A stretch of DNA of 64,000 nt from assembly GCA_002269645.1 (NCBI GenBank), contig NIVC01001629.1, positions 1-64,000 on the forward strand, written 5' to 3'. The notes under the pieces are model-generated. The model did no database searches, had not been told where the DNA came from, and worked only from the letters and a program-made list of their open reading frames with translations. The DNA is from Macrostomum lignano. Its lineage: Eukaryota. The stretch's first letter is position 1, and every line of letters begins with the position of its first letter. The position numbers and the translations under genes are program-made. This document shows positions 36,011-48,130 of the stretch, piece by piece.

Positions 36011-36044
36011 CGACGCGTTTTGCACACCAAGGTGCATCGTCAGG
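36011..36044 (-). ncRNA. Minimal type-I hammerhead ribozyme motif of Penelope type, with a core G12->A change
   Basis: Minus strand reads C-CTGACGA-T-GCAC-CTTGGT-GTGC-AAAAC-GCGT-C-G: CUGANGA, 4-bp stem II, (G>A)AAA, palindromic ACGCGT stem III, GUC cleavage triplet. It lies ~220 nt downstream of the PLE ORF end. Confidence 0.7.
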
Positions 36045-36265
36045 TATATTGTTTGAAACGAAAGGTTTGAGTAAGCGAATTTATAAATTATTTGTCAATG
36101 AATGTATGTAGCTGGTGAGTAAGTAGGCCTATTTTGTATGTACAAAGTAGTTGGAGGTTAATAGTCCGTCCATAGGGCGGGGCGAAGACCAATAGGCCTA
36201 GGCAGAAAACAAAATATAATTGAATGAGCACTGGTTACAACAAGGTCAGTGCTCTCTCACTCAGC

Positions 36266-36490
36266 TCAGAATACATGGAGGACATGGCCTGCACCACTGT
36301 GTTGGAGTTGCATATTAAGGGTGGGCGACTGGTTTTTTATGTACAAGGCTTTTAAGATCTTGAGCTTGTGATCAGATGGGCATTGATCAATGATTTTAAA
36401 ACGTTCTTCAGGTGTACAATTAGAGCATCTGTTACATTCCAAAAGGTGGGTTTGGATGGCCAATGTGTGACGCGACCCTTCTTGTTCGGT
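36266..36490 (-). pseudogene. 3' fragment of a Penelope-like retroelement GIY-YIG endonuclease
   Basis: AIQTHLLECNRC....RFKIIDQC...KLKILKALYIKNQSPTLNMQL..G...LHVF fits the PLE C-terminal pattern AI..HL..C..C..F.IID...LKI.EA..I...P.LN.Q. The conserved E reads K here. Confidence 0.8.
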
Positions 36491-37321
36491 GCTGACGGCT
36501 ATGCACTTATCAATAAAAGAGTCTACGTAGCAAGAAAGTTTAGAATTTTAACTTCGACTGATTGTATTTAACCGTATTATATTATTTATTTGAAGACAGG
36601 AGTTAACTGTTGCTGTTAAATTATTGGTAGTAAGTACTCTAAGTATGGCGAATAGGCACAACGCGGCGGACAAACCAACAGCACACACGAGCCCAGCGAG
36701 ACAAGAAGAAAAGAGAACAATAATGCGATATAACCCACTTTTAAATAATGCAATACCCGTATTTCTATGAATGATACAGTAAAACAAATTTTATGAATAA
36801 ATATAGAATAAATTTAAGATTTGTTTAATAAATAGTAGTTAGATTAATAATATAATACTAAAAAGGCATTAATAACACTAGAATATTTTCAGAAATAAAT
36901 ATCAACATCGTTACAAATGGTTTGAGCCAGTGCTCCTTGGTTCTAGTGTGCAGGCGACTTTTTAGCATCTATAGTTAATTCGGCCTTTATTGCTATTCTA
37001 GCTCCACTTCTACATGTATCTTCTGAAACTGAATGCTGATCTCCATCTATATAAGCATTCAGGCTGCCACTCGGCCACTCCTACAAGCATACTGGCTACT
37101 GCATACGTGCCAGCCCTAGCTAGCTAAGTATAGCGTGGCTAAAGTCCTAATGCTAGGAGGGATAGCAGCAGGTGACTAGCAAGCAGAATCAAATTGGATA
37201 ATATAGATAAGCTGGAATGCGCACCAGCAAATGCTGCACCATGTCATACAAACTCGCTTATGTAACCAGAGAACTGTCAAAATAGGCCTTCAGACCAAAC
37301 AGGCTCAGGAACCCACCTAGA

Positions 37322-37380
37322 GCACCTTGATGTGCAAAACGTGTTGAAAAAACCACATGTTGATTTTTGGCTTTCTATTT
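37322..37380 (+). mobile_element. Inverted, truncated copy of the Penelope 3' end (HHR stem II onward)
   Basis: GCACCTTGATGTGCAAAACGTGTTGAAAAAACCACATGTTGATTTTTGGCTTTCTATTT versus revcomp of 35980-36035 GCACCTTGGTGTGCAAAACGCGTCGAAAAAAACACATGTTGATTTTCGGCTTTCTATTT. Confidence 0.8.
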
Positions 37381-38354
37381 ATAATAATAATATTTAAAAT
37401 AATAACTTAAGTTACTTATTGCATTACTCTTACAACAATTGGTTTTTTCTGCAATCAAATACTGCATTGATAAAAAATGTTATAATGTATAGCAGTTCAG
37501 GGTGATGCGGTGCATGTTTTAGGGAGACCCTAATTCTACCATTAGGAAATAAGTATTAGGCTAAATGATTTTAACAAATATATTTACAGCAGCAAAACTT
37601 GTCGCAGCTATAGACATTATAAAACAAAATCTGTGCTTGCATAAATTTTATCAAATTTTCGTTGCAAAACATGCAATATTGTCCCACTAAAGCCGATCCA
37701 TGCACCCCAGAGCAAAGGAAGACAGACAAACCAGATACTATAGGGTAAAAACTAATTTTACATTAGTTGCTTGCTGGGAGATCAAATGCACAATAACAAG
37801 AAGCATGGAATTTGGTTTGAAAAGAGTAGAAACTCTTGACTTACTTGACTTAGCTGCAGGTACAGTAGAAACTCTGTACATTACAGCCTCCGGTGTACGT
37901 AGATCGATTGCTAATGCTACTCTAGAACTGCTTATATTTTGCTTATATTTAATTGCTTGTTATATTTGTACAATTTATTATATCCCCTCAACTTATTATA
38001 TATGCTTATATTTTTATTTAGCATACAAGTAATTAATAAAATATAGTTTTATTGATATTATTTTCAATATCTACATAGCATTTAGACATTTACTTTTGGT
38101 AAGAATGTTTACACAATGCAAGACACATTTTAAGCCAAATTGAGCCTTAATTATCAAAGGCAATCAGAGGCATCAACTGATTAATATAATCAGCTTGAGC
38201 TTGTAAGACTTCAAGTAATCGAATGATGTTTTCACTGCAATAACAATATGCATATTCTATCTCCCGCAGCTAGCATTGCTGCAGCCTGCAACCTACTCAT
38301 CCAGCCTCCAGTCATTTTGCTGCCTGCTCCCAGACTCCTCTCTGCCGCATCGGG

Positions 38355-41300
38355 ATGGCCTCAGCTCTCGCTGCTGAGCAGGCCGCCGCCCTGCGCAGCT
38401 TGACAGACTGCACCCGGACCTACCTGACCGCCTGCTGCTCCCTGCTGGTCTCCCTGCCACCGCTGGCTGCCACTGGGGCCGTCGCTGATGGCCGGTCCCA
38501 ACTGGCCGCCCGCCTGTCCGAGGCGCTGGCCCAGCTGCCGCAGTGTCCGGGCTCCAACCCGAGTCACAGTAGTGATGCTCAAGCCAATCTGGCTGGAAAC
38601 GGCTTTGTCGAAGCGGGCGATTCGGTTGCTAATGGCAACGGCGATGCGTCCTTGACTGCCCATGGAGCAGCGGAGTCCTGGCAGGTCTGCTGTCGGCTGC
38701 TGCAGGCAGCGGCTGCCGCGGCTTCGGCGATGGCGGCCTCAGCGACCGCCGAGGAGAAGGTGAGGCTGGGAGGCTGGCTGAGCTGTGATGAAGCCCGTGC
38801 TTTAAAGATGGAGCATCATAATCGCAGTGCCGTCCCTTCAAGAATCGGCCTTCAATCCTCTCAAGAATCGCCTTCAATCCCCTCAAGAATCGGCTTTCAA
38901 TTTTCTTCAAGAATCGCCCTTCAATTCCCTCAAGAATCGCCCTTCTATTCCCTCAAGAATCGCCTTCAATCACCTCAAGAATCGCCCTCCAATCCCTCAA
39001 AAATTGGCCTTCAATCCCCTTAAGAATCGCCCTTCAATCTCATCAAGAATCGCCCTTCAATCTCATCAAGAATCGCCCTTCAATCCCCTCAAGAATCGCT
39101 CTTCAATCCCCTCAAGAATCGCCCTTCAATCTCCTCAAGAATCGCCCTTCAATCTCATCAAGAATCGCCCTTCAATCTCATCAAGAATCGCCCTTCAATC
39201 CCCTCAAGAATCGCCCTTCAATCCCCTTAAGAATTGGCCTTCAATCCCCTTAAGAATCGCCCTTCAATCTCATCAAGAATCGCCCTTCAATCTCATCAAG
39301 AATCGCCCTTCAATCTCATCAAGAATCGCCCTTCAATCTCATCAAGAATCGCCCTTCAATCTCATCAAGAATCGCTCTTCAATCCCCTCAAGAATCGCCC
39401 TTCAATCTCATCAAGAATCGCCCTTCAATCCCCTCAAGAATCGCTCTTCAATCCCCTCAAGAATCGCCCTTCAATCTCATCAAGAATCGCCCTTCAATCT
39501 CATCAAGAATCGCCATTCAATCTCATCAAGAATCGCCCTTCAATCCCCTCAAGAATCGCCCTTCAATCCCCTCAAGAATTGGCCTTCAATCCCCTTAAGA
39601 ATCGCCCTTCAATCTCATCAAGAATCGCCCTTCAATCTCATCAAGAATCGCCCTTCAATCCCCTCAAGAATCGCTCTTCAATCCCCTCAAGAATCGCCCT
39701 TCAATCTCATCAAGAATCGCCCTTCAATCTCATCAAGAATCGCCCTTCAATCCCCTCAAGAATCGCCCTTCAATCCCCTCAAGAATTGGCCTTCAATCCC
39801 CTTAAGAATCGCCCTTCAATCTCATCAAGAATCGCCCTTCAATCTCATCAAGAATCGCCCTTCAATCTCATCAAGAATCGCCCTTCAATCTCATCAAGAA
39901 TCGCTCTTCAATCCCCTCAAGAATCGCCCTTCAATCTCATCAAGAATCGCCCTTCAATCCCCTCAAGAATCGCCCTTCAATCCCCTCAAGAATCGCCCTT
40001 CAATCCCCTCAAGAATCGCCCTTCAATCTCATCAAGAATCGCCCTTCAATCCCCTCAAGAATCGCCCTTCAATCCCCTCAAGAATCGCCCTTCAATCTCA
40101 TCAAGAATCGCCCTTCAATCTCATCAAGAATCGCCGCCCTTCAATCTCATCAAAAATCGCCATTCAATCCCCTCAAGAATCGCCCTTCAATCCCCTCAAG
40201 AATCGCCCTTCAATCTCATCAAGAATCGCCCTTCAATCTCATCAAGAATCGCCCTTCAATCTCATCAAGAATCGCCCTTCAATCTCATCAAGAATCGCCC
40301 TTCAATCCCCTCAAGAATCGCCCTTCAATCCCCTCAAGAATTGGCCTTCAATCCCCTTAAGAATCGCCCTTCAATCTCATCAAGAATCGCCCTTCAATCT
40401 CATCAAGAATCGCCCTTCAATCCCCTCAAGAATCGCCCTTCAATCTCCTCAAGAATCGCCCTTCAATCTCATCAAGAATCGCCCTTCAATCTCATCAAGA
40501 ATCGCCCTTCAATCTCATCAAGAATCGCTCTTCAATCCCCTCAAGAATCGCCCTTCAATCTCATCAAGAATCGCCCTTCAATCTCATCAAGAATCGCCCT
40601 TCAATCCCCTCAAGAATCGCCCTTCAATCTCATCAAGAATCGCCCTTCAATCCCCTCAAGAATCGCCCTTCAATCCCCTCAAGAATCGCCCTTCAATCCC
40701 CTCAAGAATCGCCCTTCAATCTCATCAAGAATCGCCCTTCAATCTCATCAAGAATCGCCCTTCAATCTCATCAAGAATCGCCCTTCAATCTCATCAAAAA
40801 TCGCCCTTCAATCCCCTCAAGAATCGCCCTTCAATCCCCTCAAGAATCGCCCTTCAATCTCATCAAGAATCGCACTTCAATTTCATCAAGAATCGCCCTT
40901 CAATCTCATCAAGAATCGCCCTTCAATCTCATCAAGAATCGCCCTTCAATCCCCAATCACCTCCCCAATGCGTCACGCAGGCCTGCCAGACCGATGAGCC
41001 ACCCGAGCTGCCGCTCATTGAAGAGCCGGACGCTGAAATCGAGCTCGGCGTGAACTTCCTCACGGATGCCGAGCTGGACCTGGCCCTTGACCTCGCCGCC
41101 ACCTGCAGGTCAGCCCGTCCGGATGCCGACTGTCCGCCATTGCTGCCGCCGCCTCTCCCGCCGCCGCAGTCTCTGCTGCCGCCGTCTGTTGCGCTGCAGA
41201 CTTCGAGCAGCTCCGGCGTTGACAAACAGATTGGTGAGTTGCGCGAGAGCTTTGGGTGCTGCTTTATTGCTTGGCAGTTTTAGTCGGTGGTCAATTCAAT

Positions 41301-41916
41301 TCTCGAGCTTCCCGCGACCTCATCACCAGAGGACATTCAGAACACGATCGCCCAGCAGCTGCGTCTCCAGCAGCAGCAAGCGGCGCCCGGCCGGCGCTCC
41401 TCGGCCGGCCCTGTCCGCTCGCGCTCCCCGGCCATCGGCGCTTGCGTCGGCAGCGGTGGCGCCAACCGCGCGGCCTGGTCGGCCGACGACGCCGTGACAG
41501 CTGCAGCGGCGGCTCCGGCGGCAACTTTGGCTGGCAGCACCGCCGGGGCGGCGCCGGAGCTGGAGCCGATGATGAGGCTTTCGGTTGCCTACCCGCAGCA
41601 TCCCCAGCAGCAGCAACGCCAGCTGCTTCCGCCGTTTCCCCAAGCCGGTGCCGGCGGTAGCAGCTTTCATCCGTCCGGATCTTCGTGTCCGAGCCTCCCC
41701 CGCCACTGCGGCAGCCCGGGCCTGCAGCCTCCGCAGCTTCATCAGTTCCGGCCGGCCTCTCCTCAGCCTCAGGCGCAGCCGCCGCCCCAGCTGCCCTACT
41801 TCTCGCTTAGCCGGCCCAGGCCGCTGTTTGCCGTGCCGCCGCCCGCAGTCTCCGCCTCTGCCGATGCCGCCGGGGTCGCGCAGTTCGGCAAGGCGCAGAG
41901 CGCCGATCGGCTTTGA
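38355..41916 (+). CDS. Uncharacterised Ala/Pro/Gln-rich protein, about 3 exons
   Basis: GC-rich exons 38355-38759, 40981-41233 and ~41284-41916. Clear AAG|GTGAGG and CGCAG|GCC sites flank the 23-mer intron. The frame across exons 2/3 is ambiguous. No recognised domain. Confidence 0.55.
38835..40950. repeat. 23-nt minisatellite CAAGAATCGCCCTTCAATC(TCAT/CCCT)
   Basis: About 90 copies filling the intron. Confidence 0.96.
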
Positions 41917-42039
41917 ACTTCTAACATTTTTTATGTATAAATGCACACCCGCACAGCTTAGGGACTTCCTGTTTCTGCGCCTCATCTTCTCCTTCCCCTG
42001 TATCTCTCACTGTCTACCGTCGATTGTCTACCCCTTGCT

Positions 42040-42350
42040 GTCTACCTCTCACTTTCTAACCTCCTCTGTCTACCCCCAGTCTACCCTCCTGTCTATCCCA
42101 CTGTCTAACCTCCTCTGTCTACCTCCAGTCTACCCTGTCTACCCCACTGTCTAACCTCCTCTGTCTACCTCCAGTCTACCCTCCTGTCTACCCCACTGTC
42201 TAACCTCCTCTGTCTACCTCCAGTCTACCCTCCTGTCTACCCCACTGTCTAACCTCCTCTGTCTACCCCACTGTCTACCCTCCTCTGTCTACCCCACTGT
42301 CTACCCTCCTCTGTCTACCCCACTGTCTACCCTCCTCTGTCTACCCCTGT
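42040..42350. repeat. ~26-nt C-rich minisatellite (TCTACCCCACTGTCTAACCTCCTCTG)
   Basis: Tandem array. Confidence 0.88.
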
Positions 42351-43199
42351 CGCCGCCAAAATCCCTTCTCTGTTTACCAGTCGCTATCTACCTCTCAGTT
42401 TCTATAACTCTACATCTCCATCTCCCCCTTTGGTTTTCCCGCTATCCCCTTTGCCTCCCAGTTGCTATAATACCCAGCAACAAAGCTTTTCGCACTTGGT
42501 CCAGCTGATCTCCCAGTAGGAAAACTCCGCACTACATCGTGCGATCATTTGTTAAAGATTTTGTTTTTATTTTTCGCCCTAATTCGCGTCTGATTTAACT
42601 CATCACTGCTGACTACTTCAAGTAGGGCACGCAGATTTTGTCTTACAGAAATTTGCTTCATTCAATTTCAATTGAATCAGCTCAGTAGTGGGAATAAAAG
42701 TATTGTGTCACTCTGCAGCCCTCAGGCTCCACCCGGCAAGCCGCCCCTCTGTGCTTCAACTGTCCTCTTCTGTTTGTCTGACTTCTCCTGTCGCTTTCGT
42801 CTTTCCCTGCACCTGCAGTTCAGCCTCGGTCACGTGATCCGCTGTTCAACCTTATCTAGTCATCTTCTGAGCACCTTTGAGCCCTGCCCAATCGTGTGCT
42901 GTCGCGGCGCTGGCTGCTTGCGTTATGCAGATGAGCGTTGTGTTGTCATTGGTCTGTGTTAGCACCGCAGTACTGACTGCAGTCCGAGTAGTATTATTAT
43001 TACTGTGTTGTTATTACTCTTTATATTATCTCAGTAATGCTATCTGATAGAGGCTATGGCCGTCAAATACAGATATTTAAATAAATTCAAAGATTAAAAC
43101 TTTATTAAATTATATCATACTATCTCAATATTATTTACACTCACATTTGTATCTTAAAAAACATTTTCCGTTTTAGTTTTAGTTTTTGCTATTTTGCTA

Positions 43200-43710
43200 A
43201 TTCCAAACTCGAAACTGTACATTCCGAACCCGAAAATTCACATTCCAAACCGGAGGCTCCACATTCCAAACCCGAAGCTGCACATTCCAAACCTGAAACT
43301 GCACATTCCAAACCTGTAAATGCACATTCCAAACCTGAAACTGCACATTCCACACCTGGAACTGCACATTCCAAAACCCGAAACTGTACATTCCAAACCT
43401 GAAACTGCACATTCCAAATCTGAAACTTCACATTCCCAACCAGGAACTGCACATTCCAAAGCTGAAACTTCACATTCCCAACCAGGAACTGCACATTCCA
43501 AAGCTGAAACTTCACATTCCAAAGCTGAAACTTCACATTCCCAACCAGGAACTGCACATTCCAAAGCTGAAACTTCACATTCCCAACCAGGAACTTCCAA
43601 ATCCGGAATCGCACATTCAAAACTCGAAAAAAATTGCATATAAATTCCAAACCGGAAGCTCCACATTCTAAACCGGTACATTCCAAGCCGGAAATTGCAC
43701 ATTCCAAACT
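43200..43710. repeat. 21-nt minisatellite CACATTCCAAACCTGAAACTG
   Basis: Degenerate tandem array. Confidence 0.88.
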
Positions 43711-44581
43711 CAAATCTCCAAGCCGAGTCCGAGCTCTGAGTCGGACTCTGAGCACCCTGGACCCCAAATACCAAGCCGGAATGTGAGGCAGAAGCTCCCA
43801 GCGGACCGGGCATTTTGCGTGCCCGAATCAGTGTCCAGTGAAGCGGGGATCATAAAAGCGCCGCTTTAAATGATGTCAGGCCGCAATCTAATTAAAAATT
43901 ACAAAGCGAAGCCGCTTGCGCATTGCGGCGGCACTCAGAAAAAAATGCGACGATATTATCCCGAAACCGATGGCTGTAATCTGATTTGAATCGGCGCGCT
44001 TTTACGCCTCTTTCCCCCGAGGACTGGCGGCTGCATTTTTGAGGGGGGCGGCCGGGCCATTTGCTACGCACCGAATTCCTGACCTTCTCTCGCCACCGAA
44101 TGCTGGCCCATTCCCGGCTAAGTGGACGAGGATCGAAGATGAGGAACACATGCAGCCTCCGCGCATGGCAACTGGATAGCAACAGGGAGGCTGGGGCTGT
44201 GGCGTGTTTTTTACTGCCTTCTTCCATTGCTTTTATGCCAGCTGGATATTGCGCACGGCGAATCTGGATGGGGCTGGAAATAAGCGAGTGCAGAATTGAG
44301 GGATGATGATGGATAAGCCGGGCTCCACCCAGCTTTTTTCTTGTGCCTAATCTAAGCCTGTGGGATTCTGGGTGGAGTCTGCAGCGGAGGAAGACGGCTC
44401 TGTTTACCCCGAGAACTTCTGCGCTTGTGCAACGGCGGCCTCCATTTTGATTGCCACTTGTGGCGGAAGCTGATGTCTTCATCCTGCCAGATGGAGCGGA
44501 GAGTCTGGGCTTGAGTATCTTCTTTCGATGATAAATATTTGCTTGGAAAGGCTGGATGAGAATTCTGTGGGTAGATTTCAC

Positions 44582-45590
44582 ACTATCCCCTCTCCCCGCC
44601 TCTGTCAGTCAGACTATCCCCTCTCCCCGCCTCTGTCAGTCAGACTATCCCCTCTCCCCGCCTCTGTCAGTCAGACTATCCCCTCTCCCCGCCTCTGTCA
44701 GTCAGACTATCCCCTCTCCCCGCCTCTGTCAGTCAGACTATCCCCTCTCCCCGCCTCTGTCAGTCAGACTATCCCCTCTCCCCGCCTCTGTCAGTCAGAC
44801 TATCCCCTCTCCCCAGCCTCTGTCAGTCAGACTATCCCCTCTCCCCAGCCTCTGTCAGTCAGACTATCCCTCTCCCCAGCCTCTGTCAGTCAGACTATCC
44901 CCTCTCCCCGGCCTCTGTCAGTCAGACTATCCCCTCTCCCCGCCTCTGTCAGTCAGACTATCCCCTCTCCCCGCCTCTGTCAGTCAGACTATCCCCTCTC
45001 CCCGCCTCTGTCAGTCAGACTATCCCCTCTCCCCGGCCTCTGTCAGTCAGACTATCCCCTCTCCCCGGCCTCTGTCAGTCAGACTATCCCCTCTCCCCGG
45101 CCTCTGTCAGTCAGACTATCCCCTCTCCCCGCCTCTGTCAGTCAGACTATCCCCTCTCCCCGCCTCTGTCAGTCAGACTATCCCCTCTCCCCGCCTCTGT
45201 CAGTCAGACTATCCCCTCTCCCCGCCTCTGTCAGTCAGACTATCCCCTCTCCCCGCCTCTGTCAGTCAGACTATCCCCTCTCCCCGCCTCTGTCAGTCAG
45301 ACTATCCCCTCTCCCCGCCTCTGTCAGTCAGACTATCCCCTCTCCCCAGCCTCTGTCAGTCAGACTATCCCCTCTCCCCAGCCTCTGTCAGTCAGACTAT
45401 CCCCTCTCCCCAGCCTCTGTCAGTCAGACTATCCCCTCTCCCCGCCTCTGTCAGTCAGACTATCCCCTCTTCCAACCTCTGTCAGTCAGACTATCCCCTC
45501 TTCCAGCCTCTGTCAGTCAGACTATCCCCTCTCCCCAGCATCTGTCAGTCAGACTATCCCCTCTCCCAGCATCTGTCAGTCAGTCCCCCC
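44582..45590. repeat. 31-nt minisatellite CTATCCCCTCTCCCCGCCTCTGTCAGTCAGA
   Basis: About 32 copies. Confidence 0.96.
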
Positions 45591-46039
45591 AGTCTGTCTG
45601 TAACCCCTAAAAGTGGCAATCTTGTTTCTATACGCAGAATAATAAAAATTCTATAATTCAATTTTTTCTATGAATTTCTCGTTTATCTAACGCAAAAATT
45701 CGGTCCAAGTCCTTTCATGCGCACTGGAAATTCCGTCTGCTTTGCTTGGGAAATAATATTGCTATTCTGCGAATAACTTTGCCTGGAAATTGGGACTGCA
45801 GCTTGCGGGATGTTTATCCTAGCTTCATGGCAGACAGGGGGCGAACTTCAGTCCACAGGTGGATCTGCCACTTCAGGCCTGCACTAATTGAACCGCTTTG
45901 ATGTCAGGTGGGATCCGGGATGAACTGGGGAAGCTTAATTTAGGGATACCCGGCAACTGGGAAGCAAAAAGCAAGGTATGGAAAATTTATGTAACTTATG
46001 ATTCGAAATTGGTGCGGCTAAACCCTGCATGAATGTAGG

Positions 46040-48130
46040 ATCATTAGCAATCCATTCTATTCCTGCATCCATGATAGGCAAGATTAGCAATCCATTCTAT
46101 TCCTGCACACATGATAAGCTAGATTAGCAATCCATTCTATTCCTGCACACATGATAAGCTAGATTAGCAATCCATTCTATTCCTGCATCCATGATAGGCT
46201 AGATTAGCAATCCATTCTATTCCTGCATCCATGATAGGCTAGATTAGCAATCCATTCTATTCCTGCATCCATGATAGGCTAGATTAGCAATCCATTCTAT
46301 TCCTGCATCCATGATAGGCTAGATTAGCAATCCATTCTATTCCTGCATCCATGATAGGCTAGATTAGCAATCCATTCTATTCCTGCATCCATGATAGGCT
46401 AGATTAGCAATCCATTCTATTCCTGCATCCATGATAGGCTAGATTAGCAATCCATTCTATTCCTGCATCCATGATAGGCTAGATTAGCAATCCATTCTAT
46501 TCCTGCACCCATGATAGGCTAGATTAGCAATCCATTCTATTCCTGCACACATGATAGGCTAGATTAGCAATCCATTCTATTCCTGCACCCATGATAGGCT
46601 AGATTAGCAATCCATTCTATTCCTGCACCCATGATAGGCTAGATTAGCAATTCATTCTATTCCTGCACCCATGATAGGCTAGATTAGCAATCCATTCTAT
46701 TCCTGCATCCATGATAGGCTAGATTAGCAATCCATTCTATTCCTGCACCCATGATAGGCTAGATTAGCAATCCATTCTATTCCTGCATCCATGATAGGCT
46801 AGATTAGCAATCCATTCTATTCCTGCACACATGATAGGCTAGATTAGCAATCCATTCTATTCCTGCATCCATGATAGGCTAGATTAGCAATCCATTCTAT
46901 TCCTGCACCCATGATAGGCTAGATTAGCAATCCATTCTATTCCTGCACACATGATAGGCTAGATTAGCAATCCATTCTATTCCTGCATCCATGATAGGCT
47001 AGATTAGCAATCCATTCTATTCCTGCACCCATGATAGGCTAGATTAGCAATCCATTCTATTCCTGCACACATGATAGGCTAGATTAGCAATCCATTCTAT
47101 TCCTGCACTTTCTAATTTTCCAATTTTCTATATGGCGCCCAATGTAACATAATTAAGTCAATTCAGTAAGGCTGGCAAAGGCCATGCCATCGTCATAGCC
47201 GTAGCCCTCCACCAGTCATCTCATCGCTTCGTCTGTCGGCCTCATCGCTTCGTCTGTCGGCCTCATCGCTTCGTCTGTCGGCCTCATCGCTTCGTCTGTC
47301 GGCCTCATCGATTCGTCTGCCGGGGGTGCGTCCTGCGGTGTCCTCGGTCTCTCTCGGTTTCAAATTCTCAGCCGGGGCGCCTCGGGGTTCGCCTGCCGGA
47401 TCGTCTCTTCGCTCATCGCCGGCCAGATCGCCTCGTTAATTCGTCATTCAATTTTTTCTTTCACCATGTAGCTAGTCACAATGTAAAAAATTAAATTAAT
47501 TTTTTAGGGGGAGGGTAGATGTAGTCAGTTTTCATTTGGTTGTAACAATTTATTCATTAAAATCGCACACGTGAAAGGTGAAATTTCTTGGTCAAATTTG
47601 CATTCACTGTAGTCTCCACAGGTTTTGTATTGAAATTCTTAGTCGTATTTGTACACCATTGTTAAATTTGCTTTTAAAGTTGTTTCTTGAACTCTAATTC
47701 ATAATTCTATTGGTACTCGAAAATTCAAAAAATGTTCCATTTTTTGGGGGGAGTGTCGCGACTTTCCTTGTCATTTCTTAGTTCACCTTCAATTGTCTCT
47801 GTTTACTCCGTTTTCTCTCTCTGTCTAGCTCAATCTTGTTATTCTTATCTCTCTCTCCCTTGCTGCGTTCTGATTGGCTCTCCGTTCTCGCCTCTTTCCT
47901 CAGTCGCGCACTCCACCCCCTCTCTTTATTATTCTGGGCTCAACCCCCCAAAGTTAAATGTTCTATAAATATATCGGTTTGGGCCCTGCGCCCGCTTACT
48001 GCTCCTCCTGCTCCTTCAATTTAACTCCAATTAAATAGTCTTTAGTTTAGTATTTTTTTCTACAACATGATAGGCTAGATTAGCAATCCATTCTATTCCT
48101 GCACCCATGATAGGCTAGATTAGCAATCCA
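46040..48130. repeat. 40-nt minisatellite CATGATAGGCTAGATTAGCAATCCATTCTATTCCTGCA(T/C)C, split by a 956-bp insertion (47109-48064)
   Basis: About 27 copies at 46040-47108 and about 1.7 copies at 48065-48130. Confidence 0.93.
47143..48064 (+). mobile_element. Candidate solo LTR
   Basis: Begins TGTAAC and ends CTACA. Contains ATTGG (47873), TATAAA (47964) and ATTAAA (48030). Preceded by PBS-like TGGCGCCCAATGT (47133). No TSD seen. Confidence 0.35.

Noticed and set aside
43892-44581. 229-aa minus-strand ORF and nearby short ORFs
   Set aside because: No domain, no codon bias like the real exons and no splice context.
5786-45656. Long ORFs in the track made of periodic peptides (e.g. 5786-6670 LPIHPPY, 14001-15261, 15173-15795, 18276-19958, 28539-29987, 38827-40997, 44528-45656)
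   Set aside because: They are translations of stop-free minisatellites, usually open in several frames and on both strands, and lie inside introns bounded by canonical splice sites or between genes.
45590-45700. GTCTGTCTGTAACCCCTAAAA next to the 31-mer array, reminiscent of Helentron/DINE-type microsatellite modules
   Set aside because: No subterminal inverted repeat or 3' hairpin could be identified.
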